From Octopus bimaculoides (taxonomy: Eukaryota), in contig NC_068994.1 of assembly GCF_001194135.2 (NCBI RefSeq), positions 20,776,269-20,840,268 on the forward strand: a stretch of DNA of 64,000 nt, given 5' to 3'. Numbering within the stretch: position 1 is the stretch's first letter; each line of letters starts with the position of its first letter. The notes beneath the pieces were generated by a model that was given only the letters and a program-made list of their open reading frames with translations, made no database searches and was not told the origin of the DNA. The position numbers were made by a program, and so were the translations under genes. Shown here piece after piece: positions 12,042 to 24,520 of this stretch.

Positions 12042-12420
12042 TACAAAGGGGTACCCAAAAGAAACCAGAATTTTGCAATATTATTTTATTCACTTAGTTT
12101 TACATGTTTACACTTTTATTGCCTTCAAAGTATTTTCCATTTGAAGCAATGCATCGGTCCAGATTCATTCTCTACTGTTTGAAGTAGTCTTGAAACTCTT
12201 GCGATGTGATACTTTTTAACAGCTCCATTGTTTTTTGTTCTTCATCTCTCCCACATCTGTAAATTCTGTAGCACCAACTTTCGTCACCTTCAATAAAATG
12301 TCTCTTTCAGTTCATAACATGCATTCAGTTGTGACAGCTTTTAATCTTCCATGAGCAAGTGAGGCACAAATTTTGCTGCAACTCTTTTCATTCACAATTC
12401 TTGTACTATAAATCAAATTC
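12042..12420 (-). pseudogene. internally deleted mariner of a second family
   Basis: Minus translations MKRVAAKFVPHLL, EGDESWCY and LDRCIASNGKYFEGNK; TIR-like tacaaaggggtacccaaaagaaaccagaatttt at 12042. Confidence 0.75.
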
Positions 12421-12594
12421 TTATACATAGTATTCAAATTTTGATGACAAAATAACAATTGCATAAACTTGAGAATGATTGCATCTGAAATTGCATAAAT
12501 CACAATACTAATATGTGTGCATGTGTGTGTAAATATCACACAATGGGAATGAGTGCTCAACACTGCATTAATGGATAAAGGTTCTTTATTTGTG

Positions 12595-12755
12595 TATTAA
12601 GGCTACCATTGGTTTCATGTTAAGGGATACCTCAACAATTATCAAGTCTATCACAGGGAACATTGGTGTTTGTCTCCAGTTTGGATTAAAACATTTTACT
12701 ACAAAATGGAGATGAGGTATCTATTCCTTAACATGAAACCAACAGTAGCCTTAAT

Positions 12756-12756
<1 letters not shown>
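12595..12756. mobile_element. TIR MITE with TTAA flanks and GG termini (Kolobok-like)
   Basis: ttaa|ggctaccattggtttcatgttaagg ... ccttaacatgaaaccaacagtagcc|ttaa; ~38-bp inverted repeats. Confidence 0.65.
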
Positions 12757-12832
<76 letters not shown>

Positions 12833-12858
12833 ATCATCATCATCATCATCATCATCAT
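12757..12858. repeat. compound (CA)n(TA)n(CAT)n microsatellite
   Basis: Directly visible; the (CAT)n part is the tail of the adjacent SINE. Confidence 0.95.
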
Positions 12859-13083
12859 TTTAATGTCCACTTTTCATACTTGTAGAGGTCATATGAAATT
12901 TATTGAGGCAGATTTCCTATGGCCAAATGCACTTCCTGTTACCAATCCTCACCATTTCTAAGTACACTAATATTTCCCCTAGTCCTTTGAACATGACCAG
13001 TACAAGGCCAGACATGTTTTCATAAAAGATGGCGAATGGATGATACCACTTGTATTATGGTGACATGAATGTATGATGTCAAG

Positions 13084-13130
<47 letters not shown>

Positions 13131-13268
13131 TATGGGCTCTTAGTTACCATCCATCAAATCCATTCACAAGGCTTTGGCATCTTGGGACTATTGTAGAAGA
13201 CACGTTCTTGGGGTGCCATGCTGTGGGACTGAAACTAAAACTATGTAACTGTGAACTGAATTTCCTAA

Positions 13269-13270
<2 letters not shown>
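12830..13270 (-). mobile_element. SINE family B2 (B head, (TG)n spacer, RTE-like tail)
   Basis: Head revcomp ttcagtcccacagcatggcacc..gtcttctacaatagtc at 13130-13270; tail as in 6240-6510. Confidence 0.7.
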
Positions 13271-13307
<37 letters not shown>

Positions 13308-14209
13308 TATATCTAATCCCCTCTTCCTCTCCTTACTATATATTGTTATTACATATACTGTTTCATATACTGTAATTCTAATCTATGAACATTGAAACAT
13401 TTCTAAACCAGAAAACCTGTACCTTTTTATTTTATGTGAATTGAAGGAAAGAAAATATAAATTATAAATAACAATCTGTAGCATCTATTAAAACTTATGT
13501 AGAAATTATATAAACAAGATTTGAAATGGATAACCATATCTATTTTTTTTTTGTGTGTGTGTGCACAACTACAAGCACACACATTTCAATACATTCAGCT
13601 ACTTAAGTGATGTGTACACACTTGCCATCGTATAATTACTTCACTGAAATATCATCTGCTACCATCTACACCATCTCTCTCCACCATCTTAACCTCCCTC
13701 TTCCTACTCATCACCTCACCATCTATTTATTCTCCATTAGTCTCCTGCATCGCTGAGCCCTATACCATCCCTTTTCATTGAAGTCTCAAACCATCAACAC
13801 CACCACCACCACCACCACCATTAACTCCATCAGCCACTTTGATTTCACCAGCCATAATGATTGCTACCCAGCTTCCTTTGAGAAACTAATATAAAATACC
13901 ACTACTTCCAAGCAGGGAAATAATAGTTAAATCTCCCTTGAATTGTAATCTACTGTCTTAAAATAAGAAAATAGCACATTAGAAAATGTAATTCTACATG
14001 CGCTAAGAAAAGATGTGATAGTCACAACTGGAGTGCCTTTGATCATTTGTCTGCTTCATCAGGATTGACCTGTTACAACTCTAGCAATGATGAGCCAGCA
14101 GACCTCCCTCAAATTAAATACTACTATGGTGGCTCTCAGACTTTTTTTTATCTTTGTGGTGCAACATTAGAGGTTAGACACAAAACACTGGTGCACTTTA
14201 CATGTCAAA

Positions 14210-14575
14210 AGCGGTGTAGAAAACTATCAGGTTCAGTCCCACTGCATGGCACCTTGGGCAAGTGTCTTCTACTATAGCCCCAGGCTGACCAAAGCCTTGT
14301 GAGTGGATTTGGTAGACAAAAACTGAAAGAAGTCTGTCGTGTGTGTGTGTTTGCGTTTGTGTTTGTGTGTTTGTCCCCCACCACCACTTGACAACTGGTG
14401 TTGATGTGTTTACTTCCCTGTAACTTAGTTGTTTGGCAAAAGAGTCCAATAGAATAAGTACCAGGCTTTACAAAAATATAATAAATAGTGGGGGTTGATA
14501 AATTCGACTAAAATTCTTCAAGGTGCCCCAGCATGGCCACAGTGTAATATCTAAAGCAAGTAACAGATAAAAGAT
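14210..14575 (+). mobile_element. SINE family B1 (tRNA head, CORE-like ggcaccttgggcaagtgtctt, (TG)n spacer)
   Basis: ggttcagtcccactgcatggcaccttgggcaagtgtcttctactatagcc...gtgccccagcatggcc..aaagata; many copies in the window. Confidence 0.85.
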
Positions 14576-14782
14576 ACCTTGTATTATTAATCATACTTGG
14601 TATAACAAAATTATGAATAACATCTTTTTCAAGATGTTCAAGCATGGATTTTGTAAAACCTTAAATTATATTTTAAAAATCAACAGCACACATACATAGC
14701 TCTTGCAGCATATTGTTTGAGATCACTACTCTAGAGTCTTAAAGAAAGGACACATTGGGTAGTGTGGTATTAGGGAAAATGA

Positions 14783-15090
14783 TGATGATGATGATCATCA
14801 TCATCATCATTTAACATCCCTTTGCCATGCTGGCATGGATTGGACAGTTTGACCAGAACTGGTAAGGCCAGGGGCCCACACCAGGCTCCATTATCTGTTC
14901 TGGCATGGATTCTATGGCTGGATGCCCTTCCTCACACCAACCACTCTACAGAGTGTACTGGGGACATTTTATGTGGCACCAGCACTAGTATCAATTCTGT
15001 TGTGACAGATGGATCTCCTTGAGTACAGCAAGGCACCAGATATCTCGTTCCTTTGTCATCTTCTTAACATCTCGGTCCTTTGTCATCTCT
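14783..15090 (-). mobile_element. RTE LINE 3' end
   Basis: catcatcatttaacatcc..ccatgctggcatgg..ggctggatgcccttcc. Confidence 0.75.
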
Positions 15091-15650
15091 TTGGCTGCTA
15101 TGGTTGGTACATCTTTGGCCTATATCTGATTATATATATCTACCCTTGTTTTCCATGGGGATTTGGTTAAAAAACAAATGATAAATGAATCATCTCCATA
15201 CACTTTGTAAATGGAACAAACGAAAGTTTCATTGACACCAAACTCGTGACCCACAATAGCAAAGCTTCCACCATCTACCTTTTTGTGTAAAAAATGCACA
15301 TGTCCACATCTTTTGTTAAGGTTCAGTTGCTTTTGTATTATTTTGTTCAATGGTGACCTATGTTGATGAGTATGAGTATATAAATCCATATAAAGAATAT
15401 GCAGCCTCATAGCACAGTCATGTAAACACAATCGGTAATCAGTACATTGTAAGTAGTTGCTGGGACATATTTTTGTGAGGACAAGTAGATCCTTCAACCG
15501 ATTGCCAACCCATGTTATTACAATTAATCCATGTTAAGCATAATATGGTTCACAATTGAGTGGATTGTGTTATTCTGAATCATATATAAATGAGGCTATA
15601 TGTACCTATGCTTGATCAGACTTGAACCTTCACTAATTTTTGACTCTAAT

Positions 15651-15860
15651 AAAGTCGGTGAGCTGGCAGAATTGTTAGCATGTCAGGCAAAACGTTTTAC
15701 AGAACTTTGTCTTTACATTTGGAGTTCCAATTCCACCAAGATCAGCTTTGCATTTCATCCTTCCAGTATCGATATAACGAGCACCAGTTGAACACTGGGT
15801 TGATGTAAGTGACTTACCCACTTCTCCTGAAGTTGCTGGCTTTGTGCCAAAATTTGAAAT
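15651..15860 (+). mobile_element. SINE family C
   Basis: aaagtcggtgagctggcagaattgttagc...ctttgcatttcatcc...ccaaaatttgaaa. Confidence 0.8.
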
Positions 15861-17164
15861 CTAACTCAACTACAGTGGTTTTATTGTCAATTATGTTAAA
15901 CATAAACAATAATTAGAGGCAGTAAAGAGTAACAGACCTACCAATAAGACGAAGATCACATATTTATCATCAAGTGTGACTAACATGTTTTTTCACAAAT
16001 ATTCAATACATCACTTTATGTCATTAGTTCACTTGAGTTATTTCGCTTAGTTCACTTCTTGTAATTATACACATTGTACTGTATCTGCTGTTGATCAAAG
16101 CAGATTTCAAACTACCATACTTCACTAATGAGGTCTAATAAGACTGAAGCATGTTCATGACTGTCACTTTGCCTGTCAACAAAGATTAATTTTTTCCTTT
16201 AAGTATAGAAGTTAAATTTTCTGTGAAATTATCTCCTCTTACTTTTGAGTGTTGCTAACAATTAATGTTCAGTTTTGATTTTCGTCATCCAACTAAAAGC
16301 AAATTGAAAATTATATAGAATTTTTAGAATTAGTCATTCAGTACATCACCCTCTAGTTGAATTATCTAAATCTTTGCCGTGGCCCACTTCAGTTACTTCC
16401 CTTAGCTCATTTTTTAAAATACATTTAATGTATTACACCAGTTGAAATTGAACTTGTAATGTGAAGGAAAATCATAAAGTACAATTAACAAAAATTTTTC
16501 ACAATAACACAAGGGAGTGAACTCTGAAATTTAAATTGATTAAAAAGGAGGAGAGAGTGAGTTTGTTCTTTGGCTGTTGTGATGATGACTCCAAACATGT
16601 TTTGGTCCTATTAGCCCTCCTCAGCAAAGTGTAGTTTAACACATGCCAGATTAAAGAATGACAAACTTTTTGTGAAGAATATTCACCAATAAGATAATTT
16701 CAAATAATTATGTTGAAAAATTTTCTCAGATTACCTTCTGCTCAAAGAACATATAGTTAAGTGCAGGCTACCATACTTAGTGTACTGAACTAAATGGAAT
16801 TTATTTATCACTCATAATATCTAGTATCATTTACAGCTGACTCTTGTTTACTAAATATATATCTACCACCATCTTTCCCCTCCCCAAATACAACATCGTT
16901 TGGTAATCTCTTCTCTTACTCTGTTCTCCATGCATCCATTCATTTATTTACTGTCCCACCCGCTTGCTCGCCAATTTAGCTTCAATTCCCTCTCCTCCCC
17001 ATGCCCCCACATATTGCTACCCAACCATCCCTCCCATACCACTACCATTCGACGCCAGCACCAGTGCAATCATTCTTTTGAAGAATAAGGTGAGGGATGG
17101 AGAGAGGAACAACTCTTCCCACCCACAGATAATTCTACCATCCCAACTACTTCACTGAAATATT

Positions 17165-17580
17165 TGTCTTTTCTTTTCTTCATTCTTTTTCTTTTTATTG
17201 TTCTTTGCATTCAGTTTTGTTGTTTCTTCTGTTTCTTTTCTTTATTTCTTTCTCCTTCTCTTTCTCTAGCTCCTCTCACTGTTATTTCTACTCTCACTCT
17301 CCCACTCTCACCTTGTTATTTCTCTCTCTCCTTTTTTCTCTCTTTATATTGTTTTCTCTTTCTTTGTTCATTCTCTTCATTTAGTTTTTGCATTTTATTC
17401 ATTTTCTTCCTCTTTATTGTTTCTTCTACCCTTTTCTGTTATTTTCCTCACATTCCCTTTCTTCTATATTCCTTTTCATTTTCATTCATTTTTTCTTTCC
17501 TTTTTCTTTCATTTCCTTATATTTTTTGTTTTACTTTCATTTCTCTATATTTCTCAACATTTCACCTCACTCTCACTTCG

Positions 17581-17626
<46 letters not shown>
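17165..17626 (+). repeat. ~420-bp T/C-rich low-complexity tract followed by (TA)n
   Basis: Directly visible; source of the spurious F/L/S-rich ORFs. Confidence 0.9.
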
Positions 17627-17627
<1 letters not shown>

Positions 17628-17721
17628 CTAACAATTCCATTCCTAGCTTACAGACTGGTGTCTTTATTTTTAGCTGCAATTACAAACCAAGCCCTAATGT
17701 TATTCATTTATTTATACTTAC

Positions 17722-17758
17722 CTTCCATACAAGTACCCTTTTATTTTCCAGGCTCTAC
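17722..17758 (-). CDS. candidate 37-nt exon (phase 1-2) RAWKIKGYLYG
   Basis: ctgctctgtcag acceptor, AAG|GTAAGT donor, one open frame. Confidence 0.35.
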
Positions 17759-19535
17759 CTGACAGAGCAGATGTAGCATTTTAACTAATAACGCAGGAGT
17801 CTTCACAGCTCTTTCTCTCTCACTGCTATCCTCAAGTAGCAGCACTACAAGGATGAGAGATGAAAGTTTTGCCAAAGCTGTAAACTTGTAGCAACTTCCC
17901 GCGTGCATAGGTGTGTGTGTATATGTATATATATATATATCTATATATATATATCTGTATGCATGTATGCTTGTGTGTGAGAGAGAAATTAAAGTGAAAA
18001 TGGTTTTTAAATATATTTGCTCACCTGTTTGTCTGTTTTTAAATGGGTGTTTCTTATAAAACTACCAGCACCGTTATCATCGCTGACCACTACCACAAAG
18101 GAAACATTAAGGAGAATATACTACCCCTACCCAAACACACACCTATTAACACAATTTATATCCCATCCATCTTCACAATTATTAACTTTTACAACCTCAA
18201 CATGATCATCAATTATGGCTGGAAGATAAGAATGGAGATAAAGGTTGTATGACCTCTCTACTATTACTAGCACTACCACATGTACCATCCTTTCTACCAA
18301 TCCACTGCTCTCTGAGGTTGTTTAACACACCACAACCATTGCACTGAGTCTGTCAATGGAAACATGGACGGTAGAAAGGTTGTCGAGGTCTTTAGGAGTC
18401 TACAGTTGTAAGTATGAAGTTGGTTTATTATTTTCATTGTTTTGTTTTTAATAAGTGAGGGAGTAAACTGACAAATAAATAAACAGTATGAAAGGGAAAG
18501 GCAGGTAGATAAAAGATAACGATAGAGAGAGACAGACTAGCGACAATCATACTAAGAGGCCAGCAGATGGACAAATGACCAAAAGTGAAGTAAGACACTA
18601 GCAAGCAAAGGAACTGAGTATCAGACAGAATGAAATACCTGCATGTTGTCTAAGAGACTGACCACCAAATAGACTTAATTGTTTGTCTTGTATTTAGATT
18701 AAGGTATGAGGGATATACCAAGAAACAAACATGCATTCTAAAAGAACAGTCTGAAAAAGAGACAGACGATTAGATTTGGGACTGGTATACTGGTATATTG
18801 ACTGATATTTACACAAGTGCAGTGATGTCTATACTTCACTGAGGAGGTCTAATAATACTCAAACATGTCTGGAGTTGTTTCCCATTACTTGCTGAAAGTA
18901 TTTAAATAATATTAGTTATTGAGGTAGTGTTATTGCCTTGTCTTCACTGTTTAAGTAATTCCCATCAAATTTTTTACCTTCATTTTGTTAAATATATTGC
19001 CACTAAATTAACTAGTATTTTTGATTTGGATGGCTTCACTAAGTAATTAATCTCAGTAATTTATTTTTTTTGAGATGGATTGATTGCTGAAAACAGGCAG
19101 TGAGACTATAACAAATATGAGAACTAGGTAGTTGGATAAATTAAAGTTACAATATCAGATTTTAGATATGTTGGCAAACTGATGGAGAGATTGTGTAGCT
19201 TAAAAGTGATCAGCTGTTACTATGAAGGGAAACATAAATATAAAACATATGTGAAGAGTTGAATACTTTACTAAACATATTTATGACAGCTTACATATCC
19301 TTTTTGTTGCATACATACTATATGTATATAGAATAGTATAGTGTATACACCTATTGTGGAATACGTATCTATCCATCTGTCTTCCTATCTGTCTATCTAT
19401 CTATCTTCTGGCCTGTCAATTTGTCTCTCTATCTATCCCTCTCTATTTATCTGTCTATATCTATGTGGCTATTATTTCTAACGATTCATCTGTCTGTTTC
19501 TATTTAGCTATCTCTCTTTCTTTTTCTCTTTCCGC

Positions 19536-19544
<9 letters not shown>

Positions 19545-19618
<74 letters not shown>

Positions 19619-19632
19619 TACACACACACATA
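19545..19632. repeat. (TA)n(CA)n microsatellite
   Basis: Directly visible. Confidence 0.95.
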
Positions 19633-20416
19633 TATATTTACATGCATACACACATGTTGTGTGTTTATGTGTATGCATATGTATGCATGCTAGATTAAAT
19701 ATCTTAAGATATTTTTCTTTCTTTTATGTTCTGAGTTCAAATTCTACTTGGGTTGACTTTGCCTTTTATCCCACCAAAATTCATGAAACAAGTACCAGGC
19801 ATGTGCAGAAATCAGTTCAGTTAACTATACTATTAATTATACATTTTCCCTGCAAATTTGTCGTACAGTATCAATACTGGAAATAATTTAATAATTTATT
19901 GAGAATAGTCAAATACAAGATATATTTCAGTTCTTTTCATTTTATTTGCTTTTTTTATCATTACAAATTTCCTTTTTTTTTTTTTTTTTACAAAATATAC
20001 TTTTCGTGTTGGTTTTAATTTATATCATGACCAGGTGTTTGGCAACGTTGACATAAATGTAAATAAAAAGACAAGTACACACTCAGAGTGCAAATGAAAT
20101 CAGGAGTATCAGAATATTTGTATCTTATATATTAACAACAGAGGCAGTATTAATACCAAGAGGTAATATTTATCCCCAGTTAAACATGAATGTTCTGTTA
20201 GAACAAACTTTACCATGAGAGAAACTCTCATATGAGCTTTTGGTACAAAATGCAAGCATGTTTTTATATTGCTGGTGGGGAGATAAATCCCCACCATCCT
20301 CAGTGCTGTGACCACCAGATTACATGATTTTGATCTTCCTTGGTCTTGTCAGTGATGGACACTCGACTGCTTAGTTTTCATTTTCTTCTCATTTAATATT
20401 TGTTTATTTGTGTGTT

Positions 20417-20461
<45 letters not shown>

Positions 20462-20465
<4 letters not shown>

Positions 20466-20915
20466 TAATCTTAACATCCACTTTTCCATGCCTGCATGGG
20501 CCAGGTGGAATTTGTTGAGGCTGATTTTTCTATGACTAGATGTCCTTTCTGTCACACCAAGCCTTAACCTGTTTTCAAGCAAAGTAATATTTCCCCATGG
20601 CTGGATATGTTTTCATAGATGGGAAATGTGAGACACTACTTGTACAATAGTGATGTTCATTTATAACTACTGCACGGTGTCGAGACATGAAAGCACTAAC
20701 ATGTCTCCACAAAATGTGCACATGCACCCACAAACCCACACCCACACATAAATATATTTGATGGGCTTCTTTCAACTTTTGTGTACTTGATTGACTCACA
20801 AAGCTTTGGATCAACCCATGGCTATAGTAGAAAACATTTGCTCTAGGTGCAATGCAGTGGGACTGAACCCAAAACCACATGATTGAGAAAACAACTTCTT
20901 AACAATGCAACTATG
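20462..20915 (-). mobile_element. SINE family B2
   Basis: B head revcomp at 20760-20915 and RTE-like tail starting cataatcttaacatccacttttccatg. Confidence 0.7.
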
Positions 20916-21159
20916 TGTGTGTCTGTATGCATGCATGCATGTGTTGTTCCTGTAGCTAATACATTTATCAGTTATGTGAACAGCAGTAAACATCAAACTC
21001 TGAGTAGTCGCAGAGAGTAATCTTAGCTTCATAATAAATGTTTACACTCTAGTATTATATTGAATATTTTCTTTGTCTCATTTGGAATCTTGAATGCACA
21101 CAAATACACACACACGCATGTGTGCACACATACACACACTAACAAATATTAATTGAGAT

Positions 21160-21375
21160 AATAATCCTTTCTACTATAGGCACAAGGCCTGAGGTTCTGA
21201 GGAGTGGGTTAGTCTATTACATCAACTCCAATGTTCAACTGGTAATTATTTTATCAACCCCAAAGGATGAAAGACAAAGTTAGCCCTGGCAGAATTTGAA
21301 CTCAGAACATAAAGATGGATGAAATGTTCACTAAGCATTTTTACCCAGCATGTTAACAATTCTGCCAACATGCCA
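21160..21375 (-). mobile_element. SINE family C
   Basis: aaaggatgaaagacaaagttagccctggcagaatttgaactcagaac. Confidence 0.8.
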
Positions 21376-21479
21376 AAAACTAAGATACAAATATTCTCAT
21401 AGCCCTGATTTCATTTGCACTCTGAGTATGTACTTGTCTTTTTATGTAAATTTATCTGTGTTTTTGCATGTATTTGATT

Positions 21480-22085
21480 AGTGGCTCCCTGTCAGATCAC
21501 ATCATCAAAGAACATACTGCCAGTGCTTTTTCTGTCAAACGCTGGTGTACCCCATGGTTTGGTTTTATCCTGCACTCTTCTGCCTGTGAATCAACAAGCT
21601 AATTGCTGGCACTTCTGATAATGCCCATTCCTATATAGAAAATAGCACCCTTCATTATTCTCTAGCTTTCTTTACCCAAGTGTTATACATATACACATTC
21701 AACCTAGACATCATTGCCAAACCTGCTTTGACCCTCCCATCAACAAAAAAGCCCTATCCTGTCTCCTTCAACAGCACAAGCACACAGTTACTATACATAT
21801 CATCCTAAGCAAGAACTGCATAAAACTAGAACCTGCATAGATACTATAAATGCTAAGCTTCATCATCACTGAACAAATGCACATACTCAGCACAGTAACA
21901 TAGCATGTCCTGGCAAATGTACATCTTCAACATGGCAAAAACTTGATCACAAAGACTGAACTTCTTCTTTAGGATCAGAAAATACTTCAGCACTCATTTC
22001 ATACCAATCCTCAATGCAACAGCCAATAGAATGTTTATTTCATTGATTGCAACAGTCTTGGAGGATCTGCAAAGGACAAGGGCAG
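21480..22085 (+). pseudogene. CR1/Jockey-group LINE reverse transcriptase remnant
   Basis: NAGVPHGLVLS (cf. NAGVPQGSVLS) and INKLIAGTSDNAHSYIENSTLH (cf. INDL...HSYADDSTLH) across frameshifts. Confidence 0.6.
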
Positions 22086-22112
22086 AGCCTCTTCCTCCTG
22101 ACTGACTGACCA

Positions 22113-22155
<43 letters not shown>

Positions 22156-22164
22156 ACAAATATA

Positions 22165-22893
22165 AGAAATGAAGCTAGTATGATCTGCTAGTTGTGTAAT
22201 GTCAGTGTGCATACACAACAGAGTGTAAGCGCCCTGAGAGATAAATTGGACATAAGAAGCATCAAATGTGGTGTGCAAGAGAGATGACTGCACTGGTATG
22301 GTCATGTGTTACATATGGATGAGGACAGCTGTGTGAGGAAGTGCCACACCCTAACTGTGGAAGGAACCTGTAGAAGAGGTAAACCCAGCAAGACATGGGA
22401 TGAGGTGGTGAAGCATGACCTTCAAACATTGGGCCTCACAGAAGCAATAACAGAAGACTGAGACCTTTGAAGATATGCTGTGATTGAGAAGACCCAGCAA
22501 CTAAAGTGTTGCATGTCTGGCTCATTTAAGAGTACCCTTGATGTGTTGGGCGATATGATCTGATATGCTTAAGAGAACCTGTTGAGTCAAGTAAAACCAA
22601 ATCATAGCTGTGGCCAGTGCCCCTGACTGGCTCCTGTGCCGGTGGCACGTAAAAAGCACTACCTGAACATGATCAATGCCAGGCCTGTCTGACTGGCTCC
22701 TGTGCCGGTGGCATGTAAAAAGCATCTACTACACTCTTGGAGTGGTTGGCGTTAGGAAAGACATCCAGCTGTAGAAACATTGCCAGATCAGATTGGAACT
22801 TGGTGCAGCCGCTGGCTCTCCGGACCTCAGTCAAACCATCCAACCCATGCCAGCATGGAAAACAGACATATGACGATGATGATGATGATGATG
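22165..22893 (+). mobile_element. RTE LINE 3' portion: ORF2 C-terminus (22165-22507) plus 3'UTR with internal tandem units and (GAT)n tail
   Basis: RNEASMI..CNVSVH..LHWYGHVLHMDEDSCVRKCHTLTVEGTCRRGKPSKTWDEVVKHDL; typical RTE WxGH...GRPxxTW end. Confidence 0.9.
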
Positions 22894-22989
22894 AATGCTA
22901 CAAATGTATAGTTTGTTTTACTATTAACTAGCTGTTAATTAACTAGCTGTTATCTTAGCATTAATGGAAAATTAAAAGTTGTGCCTATA

Positions 22990-23365
22990 TAGGCACAGGC
23001 TTAGCTGTGAGGTAAGAAGCTTGCTTCCCAACTATATGGTCCTGGGTTCAGTCCCTCTGCTTGACACCTTGGGCAAATGTGTTCTAATATAGCCTTGGAC
23101 CAACCAAAGCTTTGTGAATGGATTTGGTAGATAGAAACTGAAAGAAGCCCATCATGGGTATGTGTGTTTGTGTTTGTCCTCCATCATCACTTGGTGGTGT
23201 GTTTACATCCACATAACTTAGCACTACAGCAAAAGAGACTGATAGAATAAGTACCAGTACTTAAAAAAAAAATTAGTTTTGGGTTTGATTCATTCAACTA
23301 AAATTCTTCAAGGTGATGCTTCAGCATGGCCACAGTCTAATGACTGAAATAAGCAAAAGATATGA
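22990..23365 (+). mobile_element. SINE family B1
   Basis: Co-linear with 14210-14575. Confidence 0.85.
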
Positions 23366-23429
23366 TTGCATTGTAAGAAGAGGTGTGGAGGGAAATACTG
23401 GTAGATGAATGGCAGTACATAGGGGGTTG

Positions 23430-24290
23430 TACATAGCTATTGTCTGGATGTACATAATTTAAAGTAAAGAAACAGTTTAGTGGAGGTGGTGAATAATGGA
23501 TAATTTATGATTGTTATTATAAAAAGGTGGTGAAATTTAAAAACAAATATTGCACAATGGTGTAATTTAAAAACAAAAATTGCTGTGTAATTAGGTTGTG
23601 GAATTCCATAGAAGCAAAAATTCTTAGTGAAATGAAAGGTTTCTTGCATGGGATATTTTCTAGTTATTTACATGATCCAAGAAATATGTAATGCATTTTA
23701 CAGTGTATTTGTGACTTGGCAAATGAGCAATATAAAAGTTGTGTGAGTGATGTATAAGTTTTAGTTCATTGTTTATTCTATTAAACTTTATATTTATATA
23801 AGTTCAAAATGCAAGGGAGAGAGAGAGAAAGTAAGGTGAAGTACATTGATAGAGGGTTGGTTGAAGGAGTAGAAAGAGTTTATTTGTTAGCATTATCTGA
23901 ATTTGCAAAATTCTAACAAAAACATAGAGAATCCATTTCATTATTCTGTGAATGAAAGGGGCCATGTACAAACTGTTAATTTGATGAGGTTTATTACTCA
24001 AGTGGGTCTGTTTGTTTTATCAGAAATTTAAAAAGAATTGTGAATAACATGATAAATGTTTTAAGTTCAAGGAAGTCGTAAGAGATTTCAAAAGGTTTGT
24101 TTATGTAATTGAGATGTTATCTAATACAAGAAATGGGTGAAGAAGTGATTCATTTTCACAGGTTTATTTGTAACGTAGCAAGTAAACATTATGTATTATA
24201 TATTAGTATTAGTAAACTTACATAATATTTATCTTAGAGTTTATATATTTTTAAACATTGTCCAATTGGAACTTTTGGAGTATTAATATT
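23430..24290 (-). pseudogene. possible highly decayed Penelope-like element
   Basis: Strong G/T skew on +; only weak resemblance of minus translations (QFVHGPFH, TFHFTKNF) to PLE RT/GIY-YIG regions. Confidence 0.3.
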
Positions 24291-24298
24291 AGTTGCTG

Positions 24299-24520
24299 CA
24301 AAGGTGGTATGTTAGCAGAATTGTTACCATGCTGGGTTAAATGCTTAGCAGTCTTTCTTCCGTCTTTATGTTCTGAATGTGAATTTCGCCAAGGTTGGCT
24401 TTGCCTTTCATCCTTTTGGGGTCAATAAAAGAGGTACCAGTTGGACACTGTGGTCAATGAAATCAACTTGTTCTCTTCTCCGAAATTACTGGCCTTGTAC
24501 CAAAATGTGAAATCAATATT
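24299..24520 (+). mobile_element. SINE family C
   Basis: ctttgcctttcatccttttggggtcaataaaagaggtaccagt. Confidence 0.8.

Larger units (their letters stand above)
20053..21455. repeat. 75-bp inverted repeat pair (20053-20127 / 21381-21455)
   Basis: ataaaaagacaagtacacactcagagtgcaaatgaaatcagg... and its reverse complement; 6 mismatches in 75. Confidence 0.85.

Noticed and set aside
15120-15497. 125-aa minus ORF with faint Tc1-like GGSxxIVG resemblance
   Set aside because: No DDE motifs, TIRs or good splice context; too weak to call.
16121-16784. Phase-compatible minus exon pair (16735-16784, 16121-16172) giving YTKYGSLHLTICSLSRRQSDSHEHASVLLDLISE
   Set aside because: 16117-16155 has a second copy at 18831-18869 (6 mismatches in 39, with an in-frame stop), and the surrounding sequence looks to me like a dispersed repeat. 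Treated as repeat-derived; a duplicated exon is not fully excluded.
17164-17776. Hydrophobic 119-155 aa ORFs resembling membrane proteins
   Set aside because: Translation of a T/C-rich low-complexity tract and (TA)n.
22600-22725. Direct repeats with spacers resembling a CRISPR array
   Set aside because: Only two units, within the RTE 3'UTR of a eukaryotic retroelement; no cas genes.
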